A program made the translations under genes and the position numbers. Below are positions 10,831 through 24,873 of a stretch of DNA of 64,000 bases, in pieces (position 1 is the first letter of the stretch; each line of letters begins with the position of its first letter). Where the stretch lies: positions 12,742,974 to 12,806,973 of the forward strand of contig MU054187.1 of assembly GCA_013239625.1 (NCBI GenBank). Direction: 5' to 3'. Origin of the DNA: Lama guanicoe. Its lineage: Eukaryota. The notes below the pieces were generated by a model, which ran no database searches, was not told the origin of the DNA, and was given only the letters and a program-made list of their open reading frames with translations.

Positions 10831-12822
10831 TTATCATACAGTGTATAAATATCCCAGTTAGAGAAACACTTTATCGACTAGTATCAACTCCTGAATCTCG
10901 CCCAGGATTTTTCTATTTGTCTTCTGTCTCTCCCCACTGAGGAACATGATTCTATGGGGTTGGGAGCTCTCACAGAGAACCCTTCAGTTTTGTACATCCA
11001 CAACCTGTTCTGAAGCATTTCCCATTGTTAGAGCCATTTATATTTAAACCCATTTCTACTGGTAAAACAACCCATCTAAGAACCCTGAGCATTAAACACC
11101 TCCTTAAAACTACTCAAACGGTTTACTCTTTAGCTTACAACGTGGTTTACACCATCCTCCCAAAGAGGCAGTCAACTGAACATAGCCACCTGTTCCCCCT
11201 AGCCTCACCCCTACCCTGACCTTTAGGTAGAAACAGCATCAGCTTCTCAACACTGCAGGGCTTGCTTTGAAGTCACAATTTGCTAAGCTGTCCTGGTAGA
11301 AGCAGCAACAGTTAAGTCTGTCTTTTTAACTGGAATATTTGTCTGTGAATTTCTAAGTTAATGCATTTTGACACTAACCTGGTTTTTTGATCTTGATTTT
11401 CTTCATGTCCAATTTGTGTTCTTAGCACCTCAGAACTTCTCTGAACTAGTTTTTCACCTTAAATGATGCTACCTTTTCATGTAAACCCTGGGCTGTTGTC
11501 TTTACTACTCCATTGCCTGAAGAAAAAGTTACCTTAAAGTATTTTTCCTGCCACATCAGCTATAAGGTAAATCATTCCTTTATTCTTACCATTGTTAAAT
11601 TATCTGCCTTTGGCAAGAGATCACAGAAAAACTAAAAACGGGTCTAACCACACTGTCTACACTCTCACTGGTCTGGCAAGAAACACTTTCTCTTCCAGAC
11701 TTCTCCCCGTTTGCTGCACTCTCTTCTTTAGCAAGTTCCCTCTCGTAACGTTTGCATCTTGAATATCTCCTTTCTCTCTACACCCCTAACTACATCACTA
11801 GCTCTACACCCCTTCACTCGTATCATGACATTGAAATTATCTTAAATAATGAAGTAAAAGAGAAATGATGAGCAGAGTGTGAAAATGACTTTCCAAGAAA
11901 ACCCTTGGAAAAATCAGAATGTTTCTGATGTATTTTAGCCATGTACACATTTTTTTTTATAAAGCTCTTGTATCCATGAATTTGTGGTAGTTCTCCAAAT
12001 TATATCTTTTTTTTACCAGGTAAATTTAAAGTTCATTAAATTGCCTCAGATTTGATGGAGGACTGAGCTCTGAAATGTGATTGTTTGAAGTGAGGCATAG
12101 ATTAGCAAAATGATTTCCTTTTCTCTACGCATGGAAAAGATTATGCCACATTTAGCGAGGACCTACTGGAATTCTTGACTGCAGTTAAATCATGTTAGTA
12201 TTTTCCTTCGGGTAGAGGCAGAGTGGTTGAGTCTGGTGAGTGATTCCATATAGGTGAAAACTTGGCGAGGAGCCTTATAACCTCAGGCTGTGAATCTGAG
12301 CTGAGCCATAATTTCCACACATCCCTCCGCATCTCTTAGAATACATATGGGGGACTAAGTTTTAAAGAGGTAGTGGAATTATTTCTATTTACTCAAGAAC
12401 CGAACAGAGCTATTAGAAAGAAATCTTCAGGTCTTCTGCAGGATGAAAATAATTCTTCCACTGCTGCAAGACAGTGATGGAAGTTTTGTGAGCCAAGAGG
12501 AAGGCAGCTGAAAAGGACAAGAAAAATCATTATGAGTGTTTTTCCACTGCTTCAAGTCATTAAAATTGGCTAAAAATATTGAGAGTGATTTTTCATTGAA
12601 ATGGCTCCTCCTACTATAACCTGTCAACATAGTGGTTCCTTTTCTTTCTTGATTTTTAAGTGTTACACTGAAGCAAGGTAAGTTTATTCAGAATTGCGAC
12701 AGTGCCGACGTTTCTAGAAGCATTCATGCTCTCGGGTGTTCCTTTCTCTGGTGGTAGAACTTAAAAGAGAAGTTTTTTTTTTTTTTAAGTTCAAACAAAT
12801 AAATACTTAATGAGCATAGGGT

Positions 12823-13070
12823 TTTTTTTTTAAGACAAATTTTTAGAGCAGTTTAAAGTTTACAGTAAAATTGAGAGGGAGGTACAGAGATTGGTTTGGA
12901 TATCCGCACACATGAATAGCCTCCTCGTTATCAGCATCACTCGCCAGTATGATACTTTTTTTTTTGCTAACGATGAGCCTACACTGACACATCATAATCA
13001 TCCAAGTCTGTAGTTCACCTAAGGGTTCACTCTTGGTGTCGTATATTCAGTGGATTTAGACAAATGTGCA
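12823..13070 (-). mobile_element. Old L1 (L1MC-like) 3' end
   Basis: ttttagagcagtttaaagtttacagtaaaattgag...gatgagcctacactgacacatcataatca...gggttcactcttggtgt. Confidence 0.8.
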
Positions 13071-13589
13071 CGATTGGTTCTTAGTAGTGGAAATAGTAAG
13101 TCAACAAGAAGGTATACTTTTTATTTGATAATTATTAGCAAATTTCTCTCCAAAAAGGCTGCCCCAATTTTGACTCCCCACTAAAGGCATCTGAGAGTGC
13201 TCAATACTCCAAGCCCTGACCAGGGCTGGGTATTTTAAAAGTTTCAATTTGGCGGCCCTCTGAGAGGTAAGATCATCTATTATACTGGCAAATCATTAGT
13301 ACAGGATTTAAACCTAAAAATCCGGGGCAGTTTCCAGGAGCCTCATTCATGAAGTGCTATCTATATTTGAATACCGTGACCTACCTTCTTCCTTCACTTG
13401 GCCTGCCCTTCTTTCCACTGTTTAATTGCCAGGTGAAAACACCCTCCTCCTGCTCCCCTCCATGTCCCTCCAGGCTTTTGCGGAGTCCTGTTTTGTAGCC
13501 CAAAGTAGAACAAACAAGGGATGAGCTTGTCATCACAGTCCCTTATTGCCAGAGGAACTTCTCTAGGCCAGTCCTGCCTCAAATCGGCA

Positions 13590-13760
13590 GAGACTGCAAT
13601 GCTCAAATTGGAGTGTGTATAAAAGCCAGAGCATTGTGAAAAAGATTTGTGGGGTCTCCTCAGTAGGGTCTCATCCTGTAGATCTAAGATGGAGCTAGAA
13701 CGTTTGTATTCAATAACACCATAGGTGATGCAGGCAGCCCCAAATTAGACTACTATAGGA
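13590..13760. mobile_element. Degraded MER5-like DNA transposon
   Basis: ctcaaattggagtgtgta...gtagatctaagatggagc...tttgtatt...taggtgatgc. Confidence 0.45.
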
Positions 13761-14309
13761 GATGGCCAGCTTTTACCCAACCAGATTCAGGCTCTCTGAA
13801 GATGTCTTTATAGTCATGAGTGACAAGTAGGTCCCCGGTAATTGGGCTCCCCCAGTTACTGTGTACTCTCTGCCTTTAGGCTGTAATGAGACTTTGGGAG
13901 GGGCAGCTAAAAAGCCAATACCTGATGGCAGTTAAGAAAGGATTTTATTGACGTGGTGATCACTCAGTCACCTGAAAACAACTCCACTGAAGCGCCTTGG
14001 TGTGGCCGCATCACGTGCCCTTCCAACTGCTCTCTGCACTTCATATCACCTGGACCTCTGTCACCTCAACGGAATTGGCAAAACTCTCAGGGGCAGCACC
14101 GTAATTGCGGTATGTAATTGTGGCTTGTGAGGGGGAGGAGGCAACGGGGGCACCCAGAAGTAGCTCTTGTTTGTCTCGGAGTTTTTTAGCTCTCTCATCA
14201 AGTTTGTAGATGTTGCTATTAATTGGTTCAGCTGGCCTGGCTCTGCTGGCTTCTGATTCCTTTTGCTGGCTTGATCTGCACTTAGCATGGTTCCCAGCTC
14301 ATGCATGTA

Positions 14310-14580
14310 GTCAATACGTGTTTATTGAAGGTTCATACGTGCCTGCAACAAACTTCTTTGGAGAGTCTGCCTCTGGGCAGGCATTTGGGTCCTAGGGTAT
14401 GAAGGCAAACAAGGTGGACCTGGTCCTTGCCCCAGGAGGGTTCACATTCTAATTGTCAAGTCCACTGCAAACTGTAGTTCTATCAAGTGCTACAAAGAAG
14501 AACGTACAAGCTATAGTGGGAATGAGTAGTCTAACTGGGGGATCAAGTTCAGAAAAGTGTTCCTTTGGAGCATCCAAGAC
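14310..14580 (-). mobile_element. L2 3' end
   Basis: tttattgaag...tgggtcctaggg...aaacaag...ggtccttgcccc...gttcacattcta. Confidence 0.55.
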
Positions 14581-15726
14581 CAAGAAGAACTGAAGTGATG
14601 AATCTTTTTGGTCAATATTATCATCTGTTTCGGGGTACTTTAAGTCGTTCTAATGGAGAGCTTTCCAGGACTGATGGATTTGTCTTCTAGAGTCAATGTA
14701 TAATGTATAGGGCTTCTTACTATGGCTCCCTGGTTCATTCTTAAAGACAAGTAGATGTCTTTTGCCTCTTTTTGCCCAGTATCCAGGCATGTGCTAAGTT
14801 CCCTGTGATCTTTCCAATATCAGAGCTAATTCTAGGCCCCAGACATGGCTTCCGGCCAGAGCAGTCATGTGACCAGCTCCTGATGTGCTCCGGGAAGCAC
14901 AATGACTACTCTCTGGAATGCTGATCAGACTTCTGTGAGCAGTGTGCTTTGTAGACAGATGACCCCATGGATGGGTGGCTGGTGGACAGCTTGAACATCC
15001 TTATGCAGTTGTCTTTTGGATATCTCTTCATCACCATATATAGGGACATCTGCCATTGGGATTCTGTGAAATAAATTAACTTATTATGATTTGATCAGTC
15101 TGCACAGGTGACCTGGATACTCTGGTTTTATTTGCTCCTACTATGCAAATGAGTAGTTTCTGATACCTATTAAAGTAATCCAAAAAAAAGTATGTGCTGT
15201 GGACACAGTGACATAATTAAGACTGCTCTCTGATCTGCTGGGAGAAAGCTTTTAATGTACTTATCACTGGTACCATTGTAAGCACGTGAGTCTGGAAGTG
15301 GTTGTGGAGTTGCTAAGTGAAACCTCTCTGAGCTAATTTCATAGAGAATCTGAAACTCCAGCAGTACTCAAATTTGAGAATGCATAAACATTAGAGTGTC
15401 TGTAAGGGATTGATGCCCTCTGGCATCATAAGATGAAATATTAAGAAGCAATGATTTATGCTTATCAAAATCTGGTGATACCTATTTGCTTTTCTGAGGA
15501 GTGGCCTCAGACTGCCTTAGAATTCCTGAAGTGATTCAGTGATTGTTCAGGTCAACTTGACATAACTGATTAAAGACCTAAACTGTTTCAGGGACATTGT
15601 GCTGGATGCTGGGAGGTGATAAGAATGAATAAAGTAAGGTTTCCACCCTCAATATTTCATTAACCCCAGGGAATTTGTGGTATAGAAATCACAGTGCAGT
15701 TGACCAATATCAAGATAGTTTACTGT

Positions 15727-15950
15727 GAGGGTGGGAAGGGATAGACTGGGATTTCAAAATTGTAGAATAGATAAACAAGATTACTCTGTATAGCACAGGG
15801 AAATATACACAAAATGTTATGATAAATCACAGAGAAAAAAATGTGACAATGAGTGTGTATATGTCCATGAATGACTGAAAAATTGTGCTGAACACTGGAA
15901 TTTGACACAACATTGTAAAATGATTATAAATCAATAAAAAATGTTAAAAA
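15727..15950 (+). mobile_element. Very young 5'-truncated LINE-1 3' end
   Basis: Perfect 15-bp TSD aagatagtttactgt (15712-15726, 15951-15965); aataaa and A-rich tail. Confidence 0.95.
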
Positions 15951-17079
15951 AAGATAGTTTACTGTAATACCCCTTGTGACATAGGACAAGGTGGAGTAGG
16001 TGTGGCTAGTGACAAGGGGGTGAATAACACAGTAACGTCAGCCTTGATGGAGTGACCAGAGAGCACCTCATTTTACATCTTTCCTAAAATTTTCACATCT
16101 AATATAACAGAGCAGTTCCAAACTAAATGAAATCTCTCTGGAAATTATTTTATTGGTCTACTGTTCACTTTTTAACATTTAGTGCAGTTGTTGCCTCTCT
16201 TGTGTGGCCACCCTGCCTGCCCTCCCACTTTGGTTCACACTGTGCCCTCTATCTTCCCACAGCTGAGACGGCTCAAAGCAAAGAATACTGCCTTCTGAGA
16301 ATCAGAACTTTTGAGTATTAGAAAACAACTAAAAAATCAATCAACTAAAAAAAAAAAATTCTCTGCATAGCCCATTTGGATCCAGTCAGCTATTACACTC
16401 ATTCCCTTAAAAACAGGAATGTACTTTTTGCACCATGGAAAGGTGGGTGGGGGAGGGGAACAGGAAGCAGGCATCTGGGTCTTAAATAGGCTGTCCTGGC
16501 AGGAGTTTTACCACTGGAGGTGGCTGACACAGAGTCGGTCTGTGCTGAAGCCCCATGCTGAAGTGGAATTAGGGTGACTTCTTGCAGGGAAGGAGACAGA
16601 GTAGCCTCAACCTGTACTCCTACAAGTGTCCAAACCATTGCTCTGGCTGAACCATATAGCTCTTGACCAACTTATCCCAGGAGGCTGTCGCCGGTACTCC
16701 TGCAGATGCCCAAACACAGCCTTGTCCGGAAGGGAGGAAGGCAGGAGGGGCGATTGAGCTCCTCCTCTGAGGAGTTGAATGGAGTTTGGATGTTGGGATG
16801 GAGAAAGATGGAAAGTAGTTCCAAGTGCCTTTTTGGTGCACTTGGAGAGTTAATAAATGGTTCTGTGATTTGAGCTGAGCCTGCCTGGGAATTCAAGTTC
16901 CTACTCCCTACACTACACAGCCGGCTAGCGTTTGGGGGCTTCTCTGCCTAGGAACCATCATGATCATTCAGTGTCAGGTAGTGTGGCTGCTTACATTTTC
17001 TGGTTTTAATGAATGAGTATCATAGTTTCTCAAGATGACTTTTCCTGTTTTAGAATCTGTATTTCATAAAGGGAGTTTG

Positions 17080-17325
17080 ATGTAATGTAGAGGGTGTGGG
17101 CTTTGGGGTCAAGTGGACTCCGAAGTGGAATTTGTCTTCGAATCCTGGCTAGGGCATCTGGTAGAGCTATGACTCTGGGGCAAGTTACTGAAACTCCCTG
17201 AGCCTTAGTTTCCTCGTCTATCGGGTTGTGAGGAAAATGTTCACCTCGTAGGATATAGTGATTAGCAGTGATGTATATAAGGCATTTAACATAATATCTG
17301 GCCAAGAGTAGGCACTGGATAAATT
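17080..17325 (+). mobile_element. MIR SINE
   Basis: tcgaatcctggct...gctatgactctggggcaagttact...gagccttagtttcctcgtcta. Confidence 0.75.
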
Positions 17326-19329
17326 ACTACATCTTTCATTTCCTTGAATCTGCCAGCAGGGCTTTGGTATAATCCTCTATAGTCATGGTTGGGGCTCAGC
17401 TGTCTAAACTGAGTTACGGATGTGGCAAAGAATACCTTTCTCTGCTTTCCACGATCCTCTGGGTGAGCCTGGGCAGAATGGATTTCAGAAGTTGCTCTCT
17501 TTAGAATCTCCCAAACAGGGCTGCAGTTGGTTGCCTTAGAGGTAGAGAATCTCTCTAAGGCTGTGGTTCTGCCTGTGAAATGTCAGTCTCCAAATTGTGC
17601 CTGAGGATGGTGAAAAGACTTCCTTCCGTAACTGTGCAAGCTGGTCAGATGTCTTGGCACCAGATGAAGCAGGGTTTTATGGGAGCTCACTACTATACAT
17701 GTTTTGGCTGTAGAGATGAGAACTCTAGACGTTTTTGTTCAGGATTTTCTATTTTGTTTTTGGAAAAACAGGCAGAAAAGTTCTTGGAGTCTGAGTGGCA
17801 GCAAGCACACTGCTTGTCTACCCCTGAGATGTTATTTCATGTGCGAGATGGCCCCAATTCCAGAGTAAAGGGCACACCCAGTTGCCTACAAACTATACTT
17901 GATGCTGAACTCATGCTGGCTGCTTGATGTCTTTATTCATTTCACCACCTTGGTATGATTACAAAGGGGCCAGATGCTGCAGGGGAGGCAGAGGTGACCT
18001 CAGGCTCCTCACCTGTGTACCCAACTTCTGTGGGAGGGTACAAGGGACATACACCCCAAGTGTGGAAAGAACTACTCTACAAAGTACTGGATGTCTTAGG
18101 AGGTGTAACAGCCAAGTGCCTTGGAGATTCCAAGGAAGGCAATGCTAAATCCAGGGATGGAGAGTTGGGACATTTTTAGAGAGGAAAACTCCTTCCTTGT
18201 AGTTAGAAGATCACGTGTTGGGTAGCAGTAAACCAGGTAAGAGGCAAGTAGGTCTTAAATAAAACCATACTCTGTTATTGAAAAAGCAACATTGGACTAA
18301 TATGACTCTCAATCACTTTAACATATAAGAACAGGAAAGGGAACCACTAGTGAACTAGGGCTCCCCGAGACACACACTGCAGACTCTTCCAGGAGACAAA
18401 AATGGGATTTTTTTTTAGTGCAAGAGATTACAGCTTATTTATTGAAGCTTAAATACATAAATCTAAATAGACCAAGTGCACAGATTTCTGAAGGCCAGTA
18501 TCTCTCTGGAGAGTAAGTGAATGTTTTTCTAGAGATGTTACCAGTTACCAGTGTCAAGGATCCATAAATCCACCATTCTGTGTTTAGTTCATAACACCTT
18601 CAATCCTAAAATAAAGCAAGCCTGGTTTTATGACATATTGATAGGGTCTTAACTGGCTTAAAAAAAACAAAAACCTTTTTTTTCTTTAAGAAAAAGAAGA
18701 CCTACCTTTTCTTTCTCAAAACATTGGTGGCAGAAACATGGACAGACATACCAAATTAAAGGGGGACCCACGTCCCCATTTTATCTGAGTTTTATTGTGG
18801 GCCTGGAGTGGCCTTTGTATTTCTCCTCAGGGCTTTGAGTTCTTCTGGCAGGGCTGGAATTTTATAATTGAAATTTTTTCCATCTGACTTTGGCCCTTCG
18901 AGTAAATACTGTATAAGCTTTTCATTTTAAATCATGCTGAGTTTGAAGGGTGTCAAAGCAGATATGCAGTTCCTGTCTCCAACAGGAGCCTCCCCCGCAA
19001 GCAACCTCAGCTGCTTCTGGTCTTGATCTGCATGGATGGAGATAGACAAAAAAGGGATTTTGTGACTGTGCCATTCAGTGCCTTTTCATGCTGCCCCAAT
19101 TACTCACCGTCCACCAGGAACATCTCCCCAAAGGATCAGTGCTTAACGCGCCTATCAGCACAAACCCTGAACGGCCTCAGCTCCATGCCTCCCTGCTTTC
19201 TCCTCTCTCCTGTGCTGTCTTTGTGCTGTGTCTCCTCCCTACTCCTCCCCACCATCCTCTCTGAAACCTGAGTTGTTGCTCACTTGCTGCCTGGGATGCC
19301 CTTTACCCTGCTCTCCATGGTGACTTTTC

Positions 19330-20600
19330 CAATTGTCTTCCCTTCCGCAGCCCCATTAAACACCCCTTTTCTCTCTTGTATCCGCAATCTTTCCCTCCCC
19401 ACTGGCTTATCTTTTCCATCTGCTCATAAACATCTTCTTGTTTTTTTCATGTCTTAACAAACACAGAGATTAAAAATAAAGAAACAGTGACAATGAAAAG
19501 CTTTCCTAGACACGTAATGGTCATTTCTGATTTCTTTGATGTCTAGATTTCTGATGAGACGAGGCTATATTTCTAAGCTGTTACTTATTCCACTAAATGT
19601 TGCTTTCCTCTCCGAGCAATTCAGACAAGCTGCTCTCCCAAAGGTTACCCGAGGCTTCCTGAGATCAGATGCATTGCAGTTTCTCCACTCCCATGTGAGT
19701 TGACTTTATACAAACCCTGACATTGTTGGCCACCTCTTCCAGCCCCCTTGTCCTCCATCCTTTAGATCTTCTCCACTGCTGGCTCCTCGTCTCCCATCTG
19801 TTCCTCAGAGGCACGTGTTTCTCAGGGTTCTGTGCTTATCTCCTGTTTGTCAGGCTACGTTTTCTCCCGACTCATCTCATTTAACTTTCCTAGACACGTA
19901 ATGGTCATTTCTGATTTCTTTGATGTCTAGATTTCTGATGAGACGAGGCTATATTTCTAAGCTGTTACTTATTCCACTAAATGTTGCTTTCCTCTCCGAG
20001 CAATTCAGACAAACTGCTCTCCCAAAGGTTACCCGAGGCTTCCTGAGAGCAGATGCATTGCAGTTTCTCCAGTCCCATGTGAGTTGACTTTATACAAACC
20101 CTGACATTGTTGGCCACCTCTTCCAGCCCCCTTGTCCTCCATCCTTTAGATCTTCTCCACTGCTGGCTCCTCGTCTCCCATCTGTTCCTCAGAGGCACGT
20201 GTTTCTCAGGGTTCTGTGCTTATCTCCTGTTTGTCAGGCTACGTTTTCTCCCGACTCATCTCATTTAGGTCCAAATCTTTGGCTATCGTGTCGACACAGA
20301 TGACTCCTAAATCTAGCTTTCTAACCCCAATTTCTCTCCTAATTACAAAGTCTCTCCTGAGACTGTTGAAAAAATCTGTTTGTGGATATGCATCCAGGCT
20401 TTTTAAACTCAACAGCACATACATCCAATTCATCTCCAGTTTATTTTCCCGTCTAACCTTGCCTCTCCCCCCGGCAGCCCTCATTTTTGGTAGTAATGTC
20501 CATCTCAAAGCCAGGCAGGCTGGGCCCCTTTGACCTGGTTGACATGTTCTCCACCTTCACTCTCGTCATCTGGTCAATCCAAAGTACCCGCAGTCTAGTG
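19330..20600 (+). mobile_element. L2 LINE fragment containing an internal tandem duplication
   Basis: gctctcccaaaggttacc, cagatgactcctaaatct...tttctctcct...tggatatg...aaactcaaca. Confidence 0.7.
19501..20267. repeat. Tandem duplication, 2 x 383 bp (19501-19883, 19885-20267)
   Basis: Direct comparison shows 3 substitutions. Confidence 0.97.
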
Positions 20601-21789
20601 GCAGCGGGGTGAGAGAGTTCTGTGCCACTAAAGGGGGCTGGGGTCTGAGGAATATATTTTGGACATCAGATTGTACGTTTTCCCAGAGAAATGTGCAATG
20701 GGCAGAGACTGCGGGCACCAAGATCCACAGAGGCGCCGTGGGAAAGGGACTCAGGTCAGGTTCAGGAGGTGCCTGGAAGACAGTGATTCTCTGATACCCT
20801 CACACGGACTCTTCTAGAACAGTCTCAGAAAGGCTCCATCCTTTCTTATCGTGGTCATTCATTCACCTGCTTGTGCTTTACTTAGGATGACCTGTAATTC
20901 TATTAGAAATCTACTTAGCTCTGAGAAGGGACTTTGCATTTTCATTGGTAAGTTATTATTTTTTTTAATAAAAATTCTCTAGTACAAGCTACTTGCAAGC
21001 TGTGTTCAGCACAGTGTTCTTTCAGTGAATGGAGGTGATTCCCATTCTGTAATGTGTGTTCTTCAGTGTTTAATAAAACTTGTAGTAAAAGATATTTCTA
21101 ACGTCAGCAACAAAAAGTCCTCAAGTGCTAGGGAAGCTATAATTTTTCTGCCTTGTGATATACTGAAAAGCGTCCAAACATCTGCAGGTTAGTGATCTTT
21201 AAGGTATGTTAGAAGGAAACGCAAAAGGTTGTAGTGATTTTGAATTCATCTGGGGACTCTTTAGCTGTTGGTTATTTAAAAAATAGACCGAAGAAACAAA
21301 TGAAATGCTCGAAAGATTATTTTATCCTCACTAAACTCTTTGAACATCCTAGGTACAAGTTTTCTCATGAAATTTTAAAAGTCTGGTAAGATTTGAAATT
21401 TTACAAGGGTACAAATTTGAATTAGATCTATGATTGAAAAATTTTAACTTAAAAACACAAAATCTTTGTTTCTATGATTTACAAAATACAAATTGATCTA
21501 TATAATAATTCCTTTTCAATTTTGTCTTAGTAGAACAACAGTGTTTTTCAAATGAAAGGAATTAAATATAGGATGTTGGGAGGTCATAGGATGAACTAAG
21601 AATAGGTTAAAATTCAAAATTCTATGACTAATTGAATCAAATCAATGACTATTCTAAATATGGATCATAATTCTACATCTCTATATAAATTTGGATGAGA
21701 ATTTTAAAATAATTATAACTTGTACCATATATAAAATCTAAATGGCAAATTCTTTCTTTATAAGAACAAATTCAAGTTTTTGTGTTCAT

Positions 21790-22260
21790 GATAGCATGTG
21801 GCTAGAAGCTTGGGCTCTGGGAACATACTGCTAGAATTCAAATCCTAGATCTGCTGCTCACTAGCTGTGTGGCCTTTGCAAGTTTCTGATCTTCTCAGAC
21901 TCAGTTTACTCATCTTTAAAATAGTTATCATCTTTTGAGCATTTAATGTCTACCAGCACTATTTCAAACATTTTACGTATATTATAGCAATTAATTTTCA
22001 TTAATATTCCTATTTTGTTGATGAAAAGGTCATCAGCTTTAGGTCATGCAGCTAGTTAAGGGGGTAACCAGCACCAGCCCTATCTCACTCTAGTATCCAT
22101 GCTGTGCTCTTAACTGCTTAACTACTAGGCTAAACTCTCTGAACATATATCTTAGGGAATCTGCCTGTTGGATTTATTATTATAATTAAATAGAAAGCCC
22201 ATATAAATGGAATTGTCTCGTTAAATTAGATGAGCACTTTTGTGTTCAGTAAATGTTAGC
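21790..22260. mobile_element. Sense MIR (~21790-21925) followed by antisense MIR (~21930-22120)
   Basis: ttcaaatcctagatctgctgctcactagctgtgtggcc; then ttgagcattt...cctattttgttgatgaaa...aggtcatgcagctagt. Confidence 0.65.
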
Positions 22261-24585
22261 AGATGAATTATTATGATTATCATCACCATTATCATTATTT
22301 GGCTTTTCACTTGGTTGCTGAGATACATTTACCATAAATGGACTCCCAGTTTTCTTTCACATTAGCTATCATCATAAGACCCATTCAAAAGTATGCAGTT
22401 GTTTCTAAAACAAAAATTTCTTTCTGGCATTTCCAACCACAGTGTTTTGCAGTAACAGGTATTTTGAGATGTATAGTTTCTAAGCTGTGTCAGCAAAAAG
22501 CCATTCTGGTCAGTTTTTTAACATTTGATATGTAGCACGATTTATTTTTCTATCTTGCAAGGTCTGAAAATGTATTAGGAATGACCAGATCTTAAGAAGC
22601 TATGAATTCAGTTTTAAAAATTAATGTGAAATAGTGTTGATAATAAAAATGTGCATAAATGTAATAGTGTATAAAAGTCGTGTCCACCGTAAAGACTGAC
22701 ACATTGAAATTTTTATGTCAATGCTGAATCCTTCAGCAACAGCAGTGTGTCATTTAATACATCAGGAACATGAAACTCCACAGGGGGTGAGTGTTCCGAT
22801 ACTTTATGTTGCCTCCTCTGCATGTCTTTTTCATGTTAGCCCCGTGTTGCATAGCACCCTCCTGTTCAACCTGTTTTAAGGGCCTCAGTTGCTTAAATCA
22901 AGATCTCCATTCTCATAAACTTGATTTTGCCTTATAACATGCCTTACTAAGACCTTTGCTTGTGAGATTTTGGTAGACTGAGCTTCCATGTAATATGAAA
23001 AACATCTTACAAGTTTGGCTGTTTTCCTGTTTCCAAATCCACAGCTCCATTCTGAAATCTGAGTTTCTTCCTTAGAAAAGCTTTTATTTTTCTTCTTTAT
23101 AGCTGGCTTTCTCTTTTCTACCATCACCACACCTGTGTCATATTATCCTGTAAATGCATATTGAGTGCAAATGTATTTTTCTCTTTGAGGGATATAAAGT
23201 AACATGTATTCAGAAATATGAATCCATTTCTACAAAGTATATGCAATCAATCATTGCATGAATGAATGAAACTTTGGTACTAATCTGGTACTTTCAAATA
23301 GCTTCTTAATAATTTTAGATATTGATAAATTAGTATGCCATTAACTTGTATGTATATGGCTCCCTTATGTAACAAGGATGTGTTTTAGAATGGTTTTTCC
23401 CCAAAAGATTTTAAATGCAATTAGAGAATGAAGTAGGTATAGGTGGATAAATAAATAGCTTAGAATAGTTGGCTACTATGAATAAAAATCAGAAGTGAAT
23501 TCTACAACTGATAAATATGTTTCCTAAAAGCTGTTTGTTCTAGGGACTTAAGAATTTGCTTTCCAAAAATGAACCAGCTGTTTCTCACCTCCATGAGCAA
23601 CTAGGAGCATATGGGGAAACTTAATAATTTTAGTATATAGCACCTTTCACTCAGGCATCTCCAAAGAGCTAATAGGTATTAAGCTCCTGCTAGACACCAA
23701 CTCAATGGCACTTTTCAGAAAACAAGCCATGCTCTCAACCAACTAAAACTGAAGTAAGATTTTGGTGGTGATAGGTCTGCCAAGGTAGTCTTGGCAATTC
23801 TTCATTAACTATTCTCTCGGGAGGAAGAGAGGTGGGAATGAGATAAATGCTGCACAAACAGGATCTGGAGGACTTGCTACAACATCTTGCAGTGTTAGGG
23901 GCATGTATATCCCATACTCATTTCTCTATTGGAAAACCTAAATCCTCTGTCTACATCTGGGCTTAAAAAATTGAGTCATAACCCCACACTCCAAATTCCA
24001 CCTTAGTTTCCCATTTAAATGTAATTAGAGCTTTTTCTTTCTTTTTTTTTTTTTCCTTAACTGGCTAAACGGTGCTTCTCCCCACTATTGAAACCCTCTT
24101 TTTCCCTATTCCTGTTTCCAAGCTATTGTTTAACCACAATTGCTCATTCTCCTCTTGGGAAGTCTACACTGTGCAATTTTTCCACACTTTTTCCATCCTT
24201 CTCAGCTACCAAAGACTCAATAGTGCCCATTTCTCAAGGACTTCTGCACCTTCCTTCATTTAATAAATATTTATTGTAGGTCTACCATAACAGGGCCAGA
24301 GAAAAGACGGTAATTTTGTTTCCTGCTCTATTGAAGTGTAGATTGGCAGGCTTGATTGTTCACTCATCCATATCTGTGTTTCTCTTGGATTCAGCTGGAC
24401 ATAATTTTCACATGCTCACCCAACCTATGCACATGCAAGTGTTCCATGAATCATTAAAAAATGTATTTAATTTATAAATGTTGACAGGTCTTGACTGTTA
24501 ATAAGAATTGCTTTGGATTTTTGAGTCTGTAACGGGGGGCACACATTCGAGAATCTGCTTTTACCTTCTGAAAAGCTGTATTAGG

Positions 24586-24873
24586 TGTTGGCAGCCTTAA
24601 GTGAGTAGGGCGTGGGGCCCAGGCCAAAGTTCACAATAGCTTGCACCTGGTAAGAGGTAAATGTATGCATGCGCTAGTAGCATGAGTCAGCATTATGAAC
24701 ACTAGGCATGCACCACTAGTATTATAAAAGGACAAGTGCGTACACCTGAGGCACACATGCCACCCACCTGTACTGCAATAAAGTGCTGTTTTGCTCCATG
24801 TCGGCTCCTTGCGCCTTCTTCCAGTTGGGCAGCTCACCTCCTCGAATCCCTCTTCAGCCACCCTCAGCTGACA
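24586..24873 (+). mobile_element. Intact 288-bp solo LTR
   Basis: TGTTGGC...GCTGACA termini, 5-bp TSD ttagg (24581-24585, 24874-24878), TATAAAA at 24723, AATAAA at 24777. Confidence 0.9.

Noticed and set aside
12393..12507. Strong minus-strand acceptor (tttttcttgtccttttcag)
   Set aside because: All three frames stop within ~115 nt and no linked exon is supportable
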